Of a stretch of 64,000 nucleotides of DNA, positions 1-15,056 are shown one piece after another. A program made the translations under genes and the position numbers. Within the stretch, counting starts at the first letter, position 1; each line of letters begins with the position of its first letter. The DNA lies in assembly GCF_009914755.1 (NCBI RefSeq), contig NC_060929.1, one strand, 5' to 3'. Source of the DNA: the human T2T-CHM13v2.0 reference genome, Homo sapiens. The notes beneath the pieces were generated by a model. That model had not been told where the DNA came from, ran no database searches, and saw nothing but the letters and a program-made list of their open reading frames with translations.

Positions 1-269
1 TAATAGCTGTGGCCTGTGCCCCTCACCTTGGCTGTCACTCTTATTGATAAGGCGGGGAAGAGGGAACACTGTAAATTATTTACTACAGGCCCACTACCAT
101 TGTTATAAAACAGATTCTCAATGATTTAGAGAAAAACTTACATTTCTTGGGAAATCTTCCATTACATTTTTATCATTTTATGTAAATGGCAGGGAAACCT
201 CAATTTAAAACGAAACCTCTGTGTGTTGGGGGGACAGTCAAGTGTTGCTACTCATTTGAGGTTCATATT

Positions 270-1340
270 CTGACACATTCATTGAGTGCCTGCTTTGCAT
301 GGAGCATTGCTCTCCCCTACAGGGGGTAGGGTTTGTTACAGAGAGAATGATGGTGTGCTTCTTGCCTTAATCAAGTGGAACGTTTATCTTGCTTTTGTAT
401 TAAAATTTACCTGTATTGTAGTGGCGATGCTTAATTCAAGCCACAAGATGGTAGGGGCAGAGAGCCTATCTGTTTAAGGTAAGAGGTGAGGCCTAATTTA
501 GAGAAGGGCGTTGGGAATGAAGAAGAGGCAGTAGATAAAGAGAAAATTTAGGGGAAGGCCTTGGCAAAATCTGCTTTGGCCGAGATGAAGGAAATGAAGG
601 AATCTGGCATGGCCTGGAAGTGGTGCAGGTTTTGGCGGAAGATAAATTCAGCTATGTACATATCAAGTGTGAGGCGTTAGAGTGCAATATGAGTGGATGT
701 AAATATCTATTTTCCCTGTGGAGCTAGCCAGCAAACATTTGGTCAGGAAGGATGGTGATAAGAAGAAAATAGGGATGAAGATGTAGACTTGAGAGCCGTC
801 CTGTGTGTGTATGTGTCTATGTGTGTGTGTATTGTAGTGCAAGGTGTGGGAATGAAGGCTACTGTCTAGGAGGAAGAAGCATGTGGTAAGGCCTGAGGAC
901 AGGGACATCCAAGGACAGGGACACTCCATTGCTCAGCTCCAGTGGGTACTGATCACATTGTCTTTTGTGTGAACGGTATCCCCAGGATTTGTACAGAGGG
1001 GCAGATCTGCATGAAGTGAATGCAAACTTGAGAATCATTTAGATACATGAATGGTAAGTGAAAGGTACTGAGAAGAGATGTTCTGAGAGGTCAGTGGAAA
1101 ATCATGCCAGTGCAGTGTTGCAGAAGCGAAGTCAAAGGGTTTTATGTTGTATTGTCAGATGCTGTAGAAGGGTCAAGGAGAATGAGGCCTGAAAGGAGGC
1201 CTTTGTGGTTTGCATTTATGAGATCAGTAATTAATCCTGAGAGAACTCTGACCATGGGATGTTTGGAATGGAAGCCAGATTGAAAGGGGTTAAGCAGGAA
1301 GAAGAAAGGTGGGAGGTGGCCTGAGGAGAGTAGCACTGAG
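270..1340 (-). mobile_element. L2 LINE fossil fragments
   Basis: L2-like 3' end (cattcattgagtgcctgc). Minus ORF 1142-1336 reads FQSGFHSKH...LSGLILLDPSTASD, resembling the L2/CR1 RT motif QSGFR..H...LILLDLSAAFD. Confidence 0.7.
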
Positions 1341-1618
1341 ACATGATTTTATCAGCTAGTTTCATGACATTGTAGAATATTTCTAGTGAAGGTAATCATA
1401 TCAAAATGATTTTCCATTTTGGAGTTTGTTTTGAATTGTTGATAGTAATATTCTATAATTTTCCTCATATTTAGGAAAATTTCTCAATTTTCTATAATAT
1501 TTTGGGAAATTAGTAAGATTCTCAAATTTGGTTTCCTGTTATATTAAATCTTATATTAATCTTAAATCTGATATTAGATCTTATATTTTACATAATATTA
1601 TAGAAGCTGCTTGTGGTA

Positions 1619-1826
1619 CAGTTGACCTTTATCACAAACCCATTCAACACAAGTTTGAACTGTGTGAGTCTATGTATACGCAGATTTTTTTTTCCAACCA
1701 AATGCAGATTGAAAATACAGCATATGGGGGTTCTGCAGGGCTGACTGCAGGAACTTGAGTGTATGAGGATTTTGGTATACTCAGGAGGTCCTAGAACTAA
1801 TCCCCTCTTATAGTGAGGCATGATTG
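1619..1826 (+). mobile_element. MER8-like TcMar-Tigger MITE
   Basis: TA|cagttgacc ... catgattg|TA ends. Internal tttgaactgtgtgagtc and gcagattgaaaatacag match recalled MER8. Confidence 0.75.
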
Positions 1827-2205
1827 TATTCCCAGTATACATCTGTAAAACATAGCTATTATGAAAATGAATGATTTTTAAAAGGCTGTCTACAGTGAAT
1901 TTCAGACTCCAGATACCTTGATCATTCCAATGAAACCGAAGTATTTTCTGATCTTGAATCAATATTTGTATAGTTGTGAAAGTTGCAGTTAGTAATGATG
2001 GCTTATGTTTTAAATGTTTAGATCATAGACTTGTGCTACGAAAATAAGAACTTTAAGGAAAAAACTGTTGTATTTGAATCCAGACAGTATTAAATAGGGA
2101 GTATACTCTATACAGTCATTACTGGTGTTGGGGCAGAAGGGATATGTATGAGAGGGAAAAGCTTTATTTAAAGGTTTTTATGATTTGCCAAAATATCATC
2201 TTATG

Positions 2206-2900
<695 letters not shown>

Positions 2901-4587
2901 TCACCTACCCTCTTAATTCTTCATTAAAGAATGAGGCTTAATTAAGGCATAGCTTGTGTTGACATGGGTATAAAGTCAATGCTTAGTTTGCCTGAAGAAA
3001 GTTTCGGGTTTTCTTTTTTCTGTTTTTGTTTTTTTTCTTTTTTGGTCTTTCTTGGGACTGGGCTAAAACTGTAGTGGGTTTTTCTCCTTTCTGTTTTTTT
3101 GAACTACATTAGCCATTCACAGAACAGAAGCAAATAGCCATTTTTAAAATTCATGTCTTCAAATGTTAATTTGATGCTTTGAGGCATAAATGACCTTTCT
3201 AGCCAGCCCAGACTTGTCAAACAAAGGACTGATAGGAACAAGCTGCTGTTTGTTCTAATACAACAGGCTGTTTTTCATAGAGAATTTCAAAACAATTTTG
3301 CTTCCCTCTTCTCTAAAACATTAAATTAAACTTCGGCTTGTGCTAGGTTTGAATTTAGAAACAATTGTGTATACACAACCGTTAAATGGAATCCTGACCA
3401 CCTGTGCAAAACGAACTGCAGGATTCAGCTTGTAAGCCAAGCCACAGAGTACGTAAGAGTGTTAAAAGAAAGAGAGAAAGAAGACCAAAAACAGTAGATG
3501 AGCAGAGTGAGGCATTGTTACATAGCTTCATCTTGTTATCCTTGCATATTAATTGAAACTGGTGAAATGAACTGAATCCGTGTTGTGGAATGACTACTGC
3601 ACTGGGCACCAAACGATTTGGGTTTTCATCACAGCTTCACAGCTGGCTTATTAGCCTTGGGCCCCAATGCCCCATGTAATCTCCATGAGTTTCTTTATGT
3701 CAGATGGGAATCATATTGCCTATCCTGCCCCATGAACAACTGTTCAAGCCTGTTTGTTGTGAGGCACCTATGAGATAATATTCATTTGTCTTAATGATGA
3801 TGTTGTTAACTTATTCCCAGTTTGTTCCAGATACTGTCTACTGACAGTGATCGTTCTTTTCTTGGTTATGATATAAGGAAGTAGATAAAAGATTTTAGTT
3901 TGGGTTTTTCATTGGGTTCTCATGTTCTAAAATAAATGACCAGGAATCAGGAAGCCAACAAAACAAAAAAAACAGTCCACCTGTAAATATTACATAACTC
4001 ACACCTTCCATACCCTTACCCTCATATAATTTAATGTTCATTTATTTGCCTTGGTTTAGTACTCCATATAGAAGGAAAGAACACATGCTTTGTTTTGGTG
4101 GGTCGTTAAATTTTTTCTTCTTCGGAACATGAAAAAGGAAGGAAGGAAACTGTATTCATTTTTGTCTAAGCAAGGATAATGGCCTGTTAATGCAAATAAA
4201 TGGAAAATATTCTCCATTATGTCTTGAAAATTTGTTTTTCTTAAGTTTTATTACAGAAAGTTTTAGTGCTATCAAAAAAGATTTATATGGAGTACGTTTG
4301 GCTTACTACCTTTCATTCCCCCTCTAAGCAAGACATAGAAAATTTCTATATTAATTTATATTTGGGGATTAGGTTTGTTTCTTAGGAGAAAAGGGATCAT
4401 TTCAAAGTTTGATAGTGTCAAAGAAGAAGTTTCCTATTTACAAGAAGGCATGCGGTGTGGCATTTAATTGTGTGTGCATGTGTGTGTGTGTGAGATGTGT
4501 GTAGGAGCAAATAAATTAACTTTGGATCTGTAGTATATAATAGCTTAGCCTCTTGACCACAGAAATAAGATTGATTTATAGACTTAG

Positions 4588-4889
<302 letters not shown>

Positions 4890-5094
4890 TAGACCTAGTT
4901 TTTTAAAAAGTACATTTAATTATGTAAATATAAAGAAAACTTGACAAATTTTCAATATTGATAGAAATATATAGATCTTTTTTTCTGATACAAATATCAA
5001 ACAAAAAATATAAATAAGCAATAAGAAGGAACAATTAATTGATGATCATTTACATAATCACATAACATGCATACATGGCCATGTCCATGTAAAA

Positions 5095-5365
5095 TATCTG
5101 TATAATATATATGTATAATAAAAATATATGTATAATAGAAAAATATAATAAAAAATATATGTGTAATAAAAACATATAATAAAATATATGTATAAAATAT
5201 ATGTATTATATATACTATATATAACATCTATAAATATATGTATAATATATACTATATATAACATATATATAAATATATGTATTATATATACTATATATAA
5301 CATATATAAATATATGTATAATATATATAAAAATATGTATAATACATATATACACATAGTAAAAT
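5095..5365. repeat. AT-rich (TA)n-derived tract with a ~38-40 bp higher-order unit
   Basis: Recurrent aaatatatgtat(t/a)atatatactatatataacat unit, about 3 copies at ~5194-5320. Confidence 0.85.
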
Positions 5366-5414
5366 ATGTACATTTTACTATGGAAAACTTTTTAATACTA
5401 CAGTTACTTAAAGT

Positions 5415-5878
5415 TTTTTTTATTTCAATAGTTTTTGGGGAACAGGTGGTTTTTGGTTACATGGAGAAGTTCTTTAGTGGTGATTTCTGAGATTTTGGTG
5501 TATCTGTCACCTGAGCAGTGTACACTGTACCCAATGTGTAGTCTTTTATCCCTCACCCCCCTTTCACCTTTCCCCCACGAGTCCTCAAAGTCCCTTATAT
5601 CATTCTTATGCCTTCGCATCCTATAGTTTAGTTCCCACTTGTGAGAACATATGATATTTGGTTTTCCATTCCTGAGTCATTTCACTTAGAACAGTGGTGT
5701 TGAGCTCCATCTAAGCTGCTGCAAATACCATTATTTCGTTTCTTTTTATGGCTGAGTAGTATTCCATGGTGTCTATATACCACATTTTCTTCATCCACTT
5801 GTTGGTTGATGGGCATTTAGCTTGGTTCCATATTTTTGCAATTGCAAATGGTACTGCTATAACATGTGTGTGCAAGTG
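5415..5878 (-). mobile_element. L1 3' end (L1PB-like), 5'-truncated
   Basis: tatttcaatagtttttggggaacaggtgg 3'UTR. Minus ORF 5711-6004 includes ORF2p C-terminal KMWYIDTMEYYSAIKRNE. Confidence 0.85.
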
Positions 5879-7034
5879 AATAGACTTAGTTTTTTTATGG
5901 GAGGGGTGGAGTGGAGGATGTGAAAAAAAGAAAATGTTTGTAAAATTAAAATTCTCATAAATTTCACAGGATGCTTTAAATTCTTTATCACAGTTACGAA
6001 ACAAATACAGATCATTTTATAATTTATGATGAGCTGATAAGGTTTATGAAAATACAATATGCCCTTAAAATACATTTAACCTGTCTTTAAATGCTGTATT
6101 CCCTTGACACAATTTAACTCCTTGTGAAAAGACCCTTGTACTGGAAACCGAGAGATATAGTACCTGTGTTCTGGACAGAGTCTAACTACTGGCGAGTTGT
6201 GTGACCTTGGGCAATTCACTTGACTTCTATGGACCTTCTGTCATTTGATAAATGATTGAAAATATGAAGATGTCTTAAATACTACTTAAAATCTTACTGT
6301 TTTTGTCTTTGGGGAGTACTAAAGGCAGTAATGGAATTTATTTTAAGTATATATTTAAAATATGATATTTGTTTTTCCCTTGAAGAGTTTTCATTTAGCC
6401 AAATGGATTGATTTAAAGTTTTTGACCACAGCTGCTAAAGAAATGTGTGCACAGCTACTGTTTTGGTAAACACAGACAAGTAACCAGATGGTAGTAATAC
6501 TTTAAAAAGTTGGTCTATATGGGCTGGGAACCATCCAAATGGAATTTTTAGTGTTTCGCCTAGGTACTTTAGATTTAGTACACACTAAATGAGTTTGAGT
6601 GTGTTTTACTACTGCAGTGGCTAGAAAGAACAAATAGAGTATTATGTGGAATACAAATAATGCTTATTAAGCTTGCAGTTGATTCCTTCTGATAGATGTT
6701 CCAAATTGCTGTCAGACTATATTTACTTACTCATAAACAGATGTGGTTTTGCTTTAAATCAGGATAACTATTCCAAACTGAGTTATGCATATTTTAAACA
6801 ACTGTTACGGATTACATTTTAAAATTATTGTTGATTAAGAAGCTGATTTATTATATTTTATAAGGTTCATTTTTGGTGGTAGTTTTAGATGACAGAGAGC
6901 TTAGATTTTTTTTTAATTTTTTGAAATCTGATTTAAGGTGGGATATCACCAGTTAAAAATTATTTTCTGGTCTGTAGTCAAGAATTGATATTTAAGATGA
7001 GCAATTTGTTATAATTTTAAAATTTTAGTCACTA

Positions 7035-7338
<304 letters not shown>

Positions 7339-8555
7339 TCACTAATTATCACTAAATGAGATGTTGGTAGCAGCTTGAACATCAGCTGGCCTGTGCTTTA
7401 ACTGAACAATACAGTAGTAGTAATCTTAGTGTTAAATTTTACATATTGAAAGTATTAGAAAATATTTCCTTCACTTTAACTTAGTTTTTCCTCCTGGATG
7501 TGTTTTTTTAGTTTATTTCTTAAGATCTTTGCTAGGTAGGTGTCACACTGTTCATTAAATATACAGAACTTATATATCCTGCAGATCCTGACATTAGACT
7601 GTGAACTCACTTATTTATGGAAGCCCTATTCACTACCAGCTTTTCTGGTCTGATGATAGGTTCTGGCTACTTCCATGAATTTGTATGAGATTACTTACTT
7701 CTAGCATTCATGCTCACATGTTTTCACAACAAATACTTATTGAGTTGTTATTACTAAATATTAGGCAATGTGCTGGGGCAAATGGATGACCCTGGTCCTC
7801 AGAAGTGTACCTTCTAGTGGAAAGGTAAATGTTAAGTATCTGACAAATGTAAAACTGCAGCTGTGACAAAGTATCAGAAAGTAGAGCAAGATGGTTCTTG
7901 CTCCTCAGAAATAGAGCTAGTTCTGTTCATCAATATGAAAACAATGAAACTGGTCTGTCTTTCCAGGTTATAATGATTTTCAGCCTGAAATATTCTTGAT
8001 GATTTTAATTATGTCGGCCTGCAGTCATTTCCACTGCCCATAATCTAATGTGTTTTGCCTGTTGACATGTTAAAGATGGGAGCCACTTAGAGCCATTCTT
8101 CGATCTTGCCCTTCCTACCTCCTCAAACTGAGAGTATGAGCATCTGCTTCAAGGCACACACGTTCCCAATTAGCTGGTGTAAAGTCACACTAAAACCAAG
8201 CAAAAAGGGTTCTGCAACATAAGGGAAAGGGAAGTGGAGGCACTAAGATTGCTTCGGCAGCCAAAGGATTCCTTGGGAACTTGTAAAAGGTAGAGTGGGG
8301 TGGGTGACAATGAACATGTACTTGTGGGTTTGTTTTCTGGGAATAGTGGAACCTAAACTTCTACATCTGAAAGGAAAATAGATTAACCTTTTTAAAGTTT
8401 ATTACTGAATTTTTAGGCCTCGTGTTTTGGACATGTGAGTACAAGCCAGTGGTACAGTGCCAGTCATTTACTGCGGGCACCTGAGATTGCTACTGATCTA
8501 CATCACATCAGCAAGCCAATAGTTGGCATTAGACTATGTAAAAAAACAAAATCCA

Positions 8556-8854
8556 GGCCGGGTGCGGTGGCTCACGCCTGTAGTCCTAGCACTTTGGGAA
8601 GCTGAGGTGGGCAGATTGCTTGAGCCCAGGACTTCAAGACCAGCCTGCGCAACATGGCAAAACCTGGTCTCTATAAAAAATACAAAAATTAGCTGAGCAT
8701 GGTAGCGTGTGCCTTGGTCCCAGCTGCTTGAGAGGCTGAGGTGGGAGCTTGAGCCTGGGAGGTTGAGGCTGCAGTAAGCTGTGATCATGCCACTGCACTC
8801 TTGTCTGGTTGACAGAACCAGACCCTTTCTCCAAAAAAAAAAAAAAAAAAAAAA
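8556..8854 (+). mobile_element. Alu (AluJ-like)
   Basis: gcttgagcccagga and gaggctgcagt; TSD aaatcca. Confidence 0.93.
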
Positions 8855-10569
8855 GAAATCCACTAGTTGACTCCTAGAACCATGAGTGTTCACTAACAAA
8901 TGTAGATTTATAAAGCCAGAATAATCTTATTTATCTGAATGTCATTAATTACAGCAATAGTAACTATGGTTAGTAACTTACTAACTATAGTAAAGCAGTT
9001 CAAACTATTGTGCCAATATGACATTTTTAATTTTCTTAATTGTTTATTGTTAATCTAGTATCACTTAGGTTTGATTAGTGTAATATTGCCATTCAGGGTG
9101 TTCTTAAATACTGAACACTCTCAGTTTCCTGCTGAGTATGAAGGTTCATGAACAAAATCAATTATAATTTATATTATGAGGACCATATAACTTAAAGCTG
9201 GCTTAGCATATTATTTCTTTGCTATACATCCTATTCAGCTACACCTTCCCCCCATTCAGTAGCTCATTCAGTAACAAATATTGTCAGAGTTTACAGAAAA
9301 AAATTACATCTTTAATATGGAATGAATTGCTGATGAAAGATAGTCATGTTCGAAATATGACATTTAACATAAGTGTACAGATTTCCCAGTAAAAGAACAA
9401 TTCCAGTATTATGGATTTACTAGCAGCTGTTGAAAATTTAACACCTCTTCTGCTTTCTTCCCCCACCTCATGACAACCTAATGTAAAACTATATTCAGGA
9501 GTAAGGAATCTAGAATATAAAGTAAATTGTATTAGTAATTGCAGGTCAGAAACTTATATTTAGTTATCAGACTCTGAGTCATGAGTTTTAGTATTCTGTG
9601 TGCTGTTCATGTGTGCCTTCTGTTACAGACAACACCAGGGAAGAGACCTAATAAAAAGTCTCATGTTCTTCAAAGAGAATAATTGAGAATAATGCTACTT
9701 AAGAGCACGTAATATCAGAGCAAACAGGCAATGAACAACATATAATTCTGTATATTATGCAGAGATATTAAATATACATATTAGTAAGGTAGCAGATGCT
9801 GTGGTGCTGAAATTGACATGTAAAATAGTACGCTTTCTCTGCAGGGCTCTGTTCCAGCCAGCACTCCTTTACATGTAATGAATAGTTAATTTTAGTCCTA
9901 TGGTCCATAGGAGACTGATGGGGGACTGTGAGGAGGAAAGCATTCCAACTCCAAGAACAGCAGGTTGTGCTGAGATGTGCTTTTTAATGGAGAAACATTT
10001 TATAACTCTTGGGGGTAAATTTATAAAGACGGTTGTGCATGTGTTTTTGTATTTAAATTAAGGAATTATTAATACAGTTAGACAGCCAGGAGTCTGGCAG
10101 CTATATTGCAAAAGGGAAAAGCAGAATTTGTTGACTGGACTGAGCTCAGGAATATCTTGCACTTTTAAGAAAATTCCTATTAAACCTATCCTTTGTCCAA
10201 ATGGAGCAATTCATCAGAAACAGACATTTGAGAATGTGTTTAGGTAGTTGAAATTTCAGGCTGACTTTTTAAAACTAACCTTTGGCTATATATAGGAAAA
10301 GGCAAATGACTTTTATTTTTCTGCCTCACATGGAAGTTCCCTTGCCATTTGAGATTTCCCTATGTTCATAATTCATTAATCCCATCTATCCAGGCAATAT
10401 CTGGTGAGCATCTGTTATGTACCATTATGTTCTGGGAGCCAAAAATGAATAAAATCAATCTACACCCTCAAGCAGTTTGTAGTCTGCTGGAATGACAGAC
10501 TTAAAAATGCTTATAACTAAAATATTTTATGTGCAGGACTAGGGTTTTTAAGCTAAAAGGCTGCTTTTT

Positions 10570-10930
10570 AAATTGTGAAATATAAAGTACATGTAGAACA
10601 ATGCATAAAACATGTCAACAGTTAAACAGATAGTTATGGGATTATACTTTGTGTATTTTTATGTTTGCTTCTTTTATTCAACATTCTGTGGTTCATCTGT
10701 GTTGCTTGTAGCATCATCATTACTGTAGCATACTTTATTTGTTCTACTGTTGGTGGACATTACTGTTGCTTCCAGTTTTTGGCTATCATTAACAATGATG
10801 CTAAGAGTGTTCTTGATTATTTGTCTTGGTATGTTTGTGCACGCACCAATAATATATATCTAGGAATGGAATCGTTGGGTCATAGAGAATATACGTAGCT
10901 TTTAAGTTTACTAGATAAGTGATTTTCCAA
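10570..10930 (-). mobile_element. Old L1M (L1ME-like) fragment
   Basis: Degenerate L1 3' motifs tggtggacatt..gttgcttccagtttttggct and ctaggaatggaatcgttgggtcata. Confidence 0.65.
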
Positions 10931-11879
10931 TTTAAAAAGACCTTTGAAACGTTTTTCTACATTGGTGGTTTTTAAAGTTATCTATTTTCTCATGGAATTT
11001 GGTTTTCTCATGAGAATAAGGTAGGAATGGTTGTATGTTGCTAATATGTAGTTCAAGTGCCCTTTCTACCTAATCTGGATTGCCAGGAATATGCTTGAAA
11101 TGCCAAATCATGACTTAGTATTTTACTGTGGTAATTGGAGTAGTCTTTGACACATCAGGAAGTATGGGAATATGGGAAAGATCTTTGAGAGTGGAAACTA
11201 TACCACAGTTTTGTTTAGTGCTAGGTAGGAAAGGTGAAAAAAAAAGCGCGAGAGTATATTAAGTATACAAAAAGCTTAGTGGTTTTAAAATGTTAAGCTC
11301 ACATTTGGAAGTGTAATTCTATTTTAATCTCTTTCCTAATGGAGGAAGAAAGATGACTGATGTGGTAGGGTAATCTTGTTTGAAAAATTGACAACTCTGG
11401 CATACGGCCCAGATCTCTTTTCAGATTTTGTGTGAAAAAGAAAAATGGCAGCCTCTTAGTGCTATTCATTGGTGTAAAAAAAAAAAAAAAAAAAAAAGAT
11501 ATGGTTGAACCTAAGGGTGAAGTGCTAACTCTTCATATAGTAGGAGAGTAGATTAAAAGAGTTAGTGGATATTTCACATAATCAATGTCTCTTACCTTCC
11601 CAGACAGGAGAAAGAATGTCATGAGTATTAAAATAATTAGCAGAGCATTAAAGATACCAGGGACATTTAACTTACTTCTTGGCCTCCAAATTCATAAGAA
11701 ATATGAAGGGTTAAATAAACCTTGCTTTTAAAAATACCTTTTCCCCACAGGTCTATGTGAGAACTGAATTTACAGGGTGCTTGGAGTTTCCTTTTGCTAT
11801 TCAAAACATGTTAGAGCATGAATGTTTGGGGCGTTCAGGCCCTAAGCTATGTTGGTTGAGTGAAAGGGGAATTTTCTGT

Positions 11880-12235
11880 TCTATTCAACCAATTCAGGGA
11901 ACATTTAATGCGTGCCAGCCATGTGCCTGGTCCTGGTAGGTACTGGGGACACAAAGATGAATAAAACAGCTTACAGTCCACTGGAACAGACAGGCATATA
12001 AACAATTCACTATAGTGTTGTGTGCTAAGGGCTATAATAGCGATCTGCAGAAAGTACTTTGGTCCACAAAAGAGACAACAAATACTTTTTTGTGTGTGGG
12101 GCTGATGAGGTTCTAGGTAACAGTGGCCTTTCGCTGTGTTGAGAAACAAACTTGAAATAGATCATACAGGTAACTAGGGACTTACAGAGAGAGGAGAAGG
12201 GGCATATTTGGCAGAGGAAATTGCATGAGCTAAGA
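11880..12235 (-). mobile_element. L2 fragment
   Basis: attcaac..acatttaatgcgtgccagccatgtgcctgg..ggtactggggacaca is the typical L2 3' end pattern. Confidence 0.65.
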
Positions 12236-12950
12236 GGTTTATATTGTTCATCTAGATTAGAGATAATCTACATGAGATTATATTATGTATAAAAATTAAA
12301 ATCTCCGGCAGTTTAGGCAGTGGGTCAAAGTTCGAAGTTGATAGACTTGATAGCTTTTCCTTTTTTTCTCTCAGCCAAGGATTGGTAATTAGGCAGACTC
12401 AACTTGAGCCTGTCCTGGATGTGAGGATAGCTTTATGGTTAGTCTCCAGCCAGTTCATCTCCCTTCCTTTAGAGCTACTTATTAAATGCTTAAATATAAA
12501 TCATCTGTGTTTAGGAGTGATAAGGAAGAGCTTAATAAGCTCAATCTTTGCCTTATAGGGTGGTGGTTTTCAATCCTCCCCCTATATATTAAGCACAATT
12601 GCAAAAAATAAATGTATACATTTGAATATTACTATCAGAAATAAAATAATGGTGGACATAACCTTAAAAATTATCTAGTCTGTCTCCTGCATTCCTATAT
12701 GTAGGAAATTAAGGCTTAATTGGTTAAATGACACAGCCCATCTTGTAGCCTAGGGCCAGGTACGGATGCGGAGTGTGCAAGGGTTCTGTGACTGCCCAGG
12801 CTTATTCCTGTAGTTAAGACTCAATTTCTATATGCCCATGGTTTGAGTATATCACAGGTTAGCCTTCTCACATTTACTGCAATTATGGTTTAGCGAACTT
12901 ATCTGTTTGACTGAGTTAGAGGCAACATGGTATAGCAGAGTCCGATGAAC

Positions 12951-13445
12951 TGCCACCTTACAGTGTTTGGTCTAGGTGCTGCTGCTGTCCACACAGAAAG
13001 CCTATCACTGAGACAGTAAGTATTACGAGGGAAGAAGACTTTATTTGGGTGCTGCTACTGAAGAGATAGGAGATCAGTCTCAAGTCCACCTTTCTGATGG
13101 ACTAAAATTAAGGGTTTATGTAGCAGAGAAGAAATGTAACCATGTGTGGGAAAATAGGAATTAGCGAGGGGTAAGGAAGAGGAGTTGGTCAACAGAAAGC
13201 AGGTGGTCAGTTAGCCAATCATGGTGGGTGTGGGGTCTGATGTCTCATTATTCAGATGTGGTGATCTGGTTAAGTTTCAGTTCCTTGAGACTGTTTGGGA
13301 GGTCTGATGGTTGGTTTCTTGAGAAAGGAACTCAAGATAAGAAAATTTTAACTTTCTCAAGTTCTAAGACTGGGAGGGTCAATTTCTGTGTTTATTCAAA
13401 AGAAACTGTAAACGTCAGTTCTGTGGGACAGTTGGGCCAGTTTCG
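12951..13445 (-). mobile_element. 3' LTR of MER66-type (MER4 group, ERV1) provirus
   Basis: Colinear with 18825-19316 (shared cacagaaagcc.atcactgagacagt, ggactaaaattaagggtttat, gagaaaggaactca, ttgggccagtttc). Adjacent minus-strand polypurine tract AAAAAGGGTGGGAC (13446-13459). Resembles recalled MER66B. Confidence 0.88.
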
Positions 13446-15056
13446 GTCCCACCCTTTTTATTGATCAATTCATCATTCATAGGGAATCTGTCTTGTCAGT
13501 CTTTCTGGCTGCTTCATGCTTAGGAGGGGTGTTTTGGGCAGCTCCATACCATGGATGAGGAATCAAAGTTTAATCTAATACATAGTTTTCTTCTGAAGCA
13601 CAATCTTTCTCTCTCTAGTCCTTCACTTCTATCAAAGACAGATCACAGCAGGACCAACCTACCTGCAAAATAAGCTTCAGTCCCATATACTTGGCCTGAT
13701 TAGTCATGTGAAATGCAACAAGAATCATTGTCTACACAGGCTCTCCTAAATTGGCTTTGCTGGAACCTATCACAAGGCCATTTCAGTCAAAGCCCTGGGA
13801 ATATGACCAGTTCCTCCAACTGTGTCCTGTTGTGAAGGAAAACAGTTTCTCATTGAACTTATGCAAACAACCACATTACAGTGAATTAAGAATATTCACA
13901 AATAGTTTATGAATTCTGGAGAAATTAGGCAGAGGGAGAGAAATGTGCCTTAAATTCTATTTATAAGAGTATACTCTACTCCATTGTTTAAGGCTATAAA
14001 AAGCTCAAGAAAAAACGTTCTCCAGACTGAACAATCAGCAATGCTTCAAACAAACAAAACCCATTAAAAATTATTTCAGTCTTCCATTAGTTCAGTGCAT
14101 GCAATCAGCTCCTACTCTGCTTCATACTAGGTTAGCAATCTTTATGAACACACCAGCCTTTCACTTAGTGTCCTGTAAGATTTCTCTCTAGTCCAATGGC
14201 ACACTCTCCAAAGTTATCAGAAACCTGTATTCAAGAGTCTTTGTCATGAACTCCCCCAAAGAAGCAAGCACTGGACTGTGGCTGATTATAAGCCACTTTT
14301 TGAGAAGAAGCAAAGCAAAACAACAATTGTGGATGAGAAAGACCTTTGGAAAGCCATAAATACACAGTTGATAAGGAAATCTGGTTATTTCTGTGGCATA
14401 CAACAATTTAGCATAATAATCATAATCATTATAACAACCTAAATGAAGACATACCAGAATTTCAGGAATCACATTCAATTCTGGAATACATACTCATAAC
14501 ACACCTATATAAATATAACCCAAAGAAAGTTAAACACCACTTCAGATTTGAAGTCCATCCTGTATAATTCTAACATAACAGATAAGCCTAGTACAGTTCT
14601 CTTGAAGTTCAGGGGACCCAATATCCAGAAAAAGTTAGATTGAGGTCAAAATGACTGAATTTAGAACTTGAAATCTTGCCTTTGGAAAAAGTTTGTCAAA
14701 TGTCAGAGGTTTACACTTGATATCACAAAATAGGATCATTGGTGTCCATAAAATAGTCATTGATTTAGCTAAAATGATAAGAACATTTACTCTTTGACAG
14801 GTAGGAGACTCAGTTTCCCAAGCAATAAGATGTAATGAAGACAGCATGAGGCCAACCACATCTGCCTCTCCTTCCTACATTTTTTCCCTGCAGTTTACTT
14901 GAAAAGTAAACAAAAATCTTTTATTATCATTACATAAAAATTTTATTTGAAAGAGAAAACCAATTTTACCTTTGCATGGTACATTATTAATGTTAAAGTT
15001 AATTTTAATGAAACATAAATCTAATTTTAATCAGTTTGACTATAAGCTAAGACTTT

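Noticed and set aside
4997-5490. Tyr/Ile-rich ORFs
   Set aside because: Artefacts of the TA-rich repeat.
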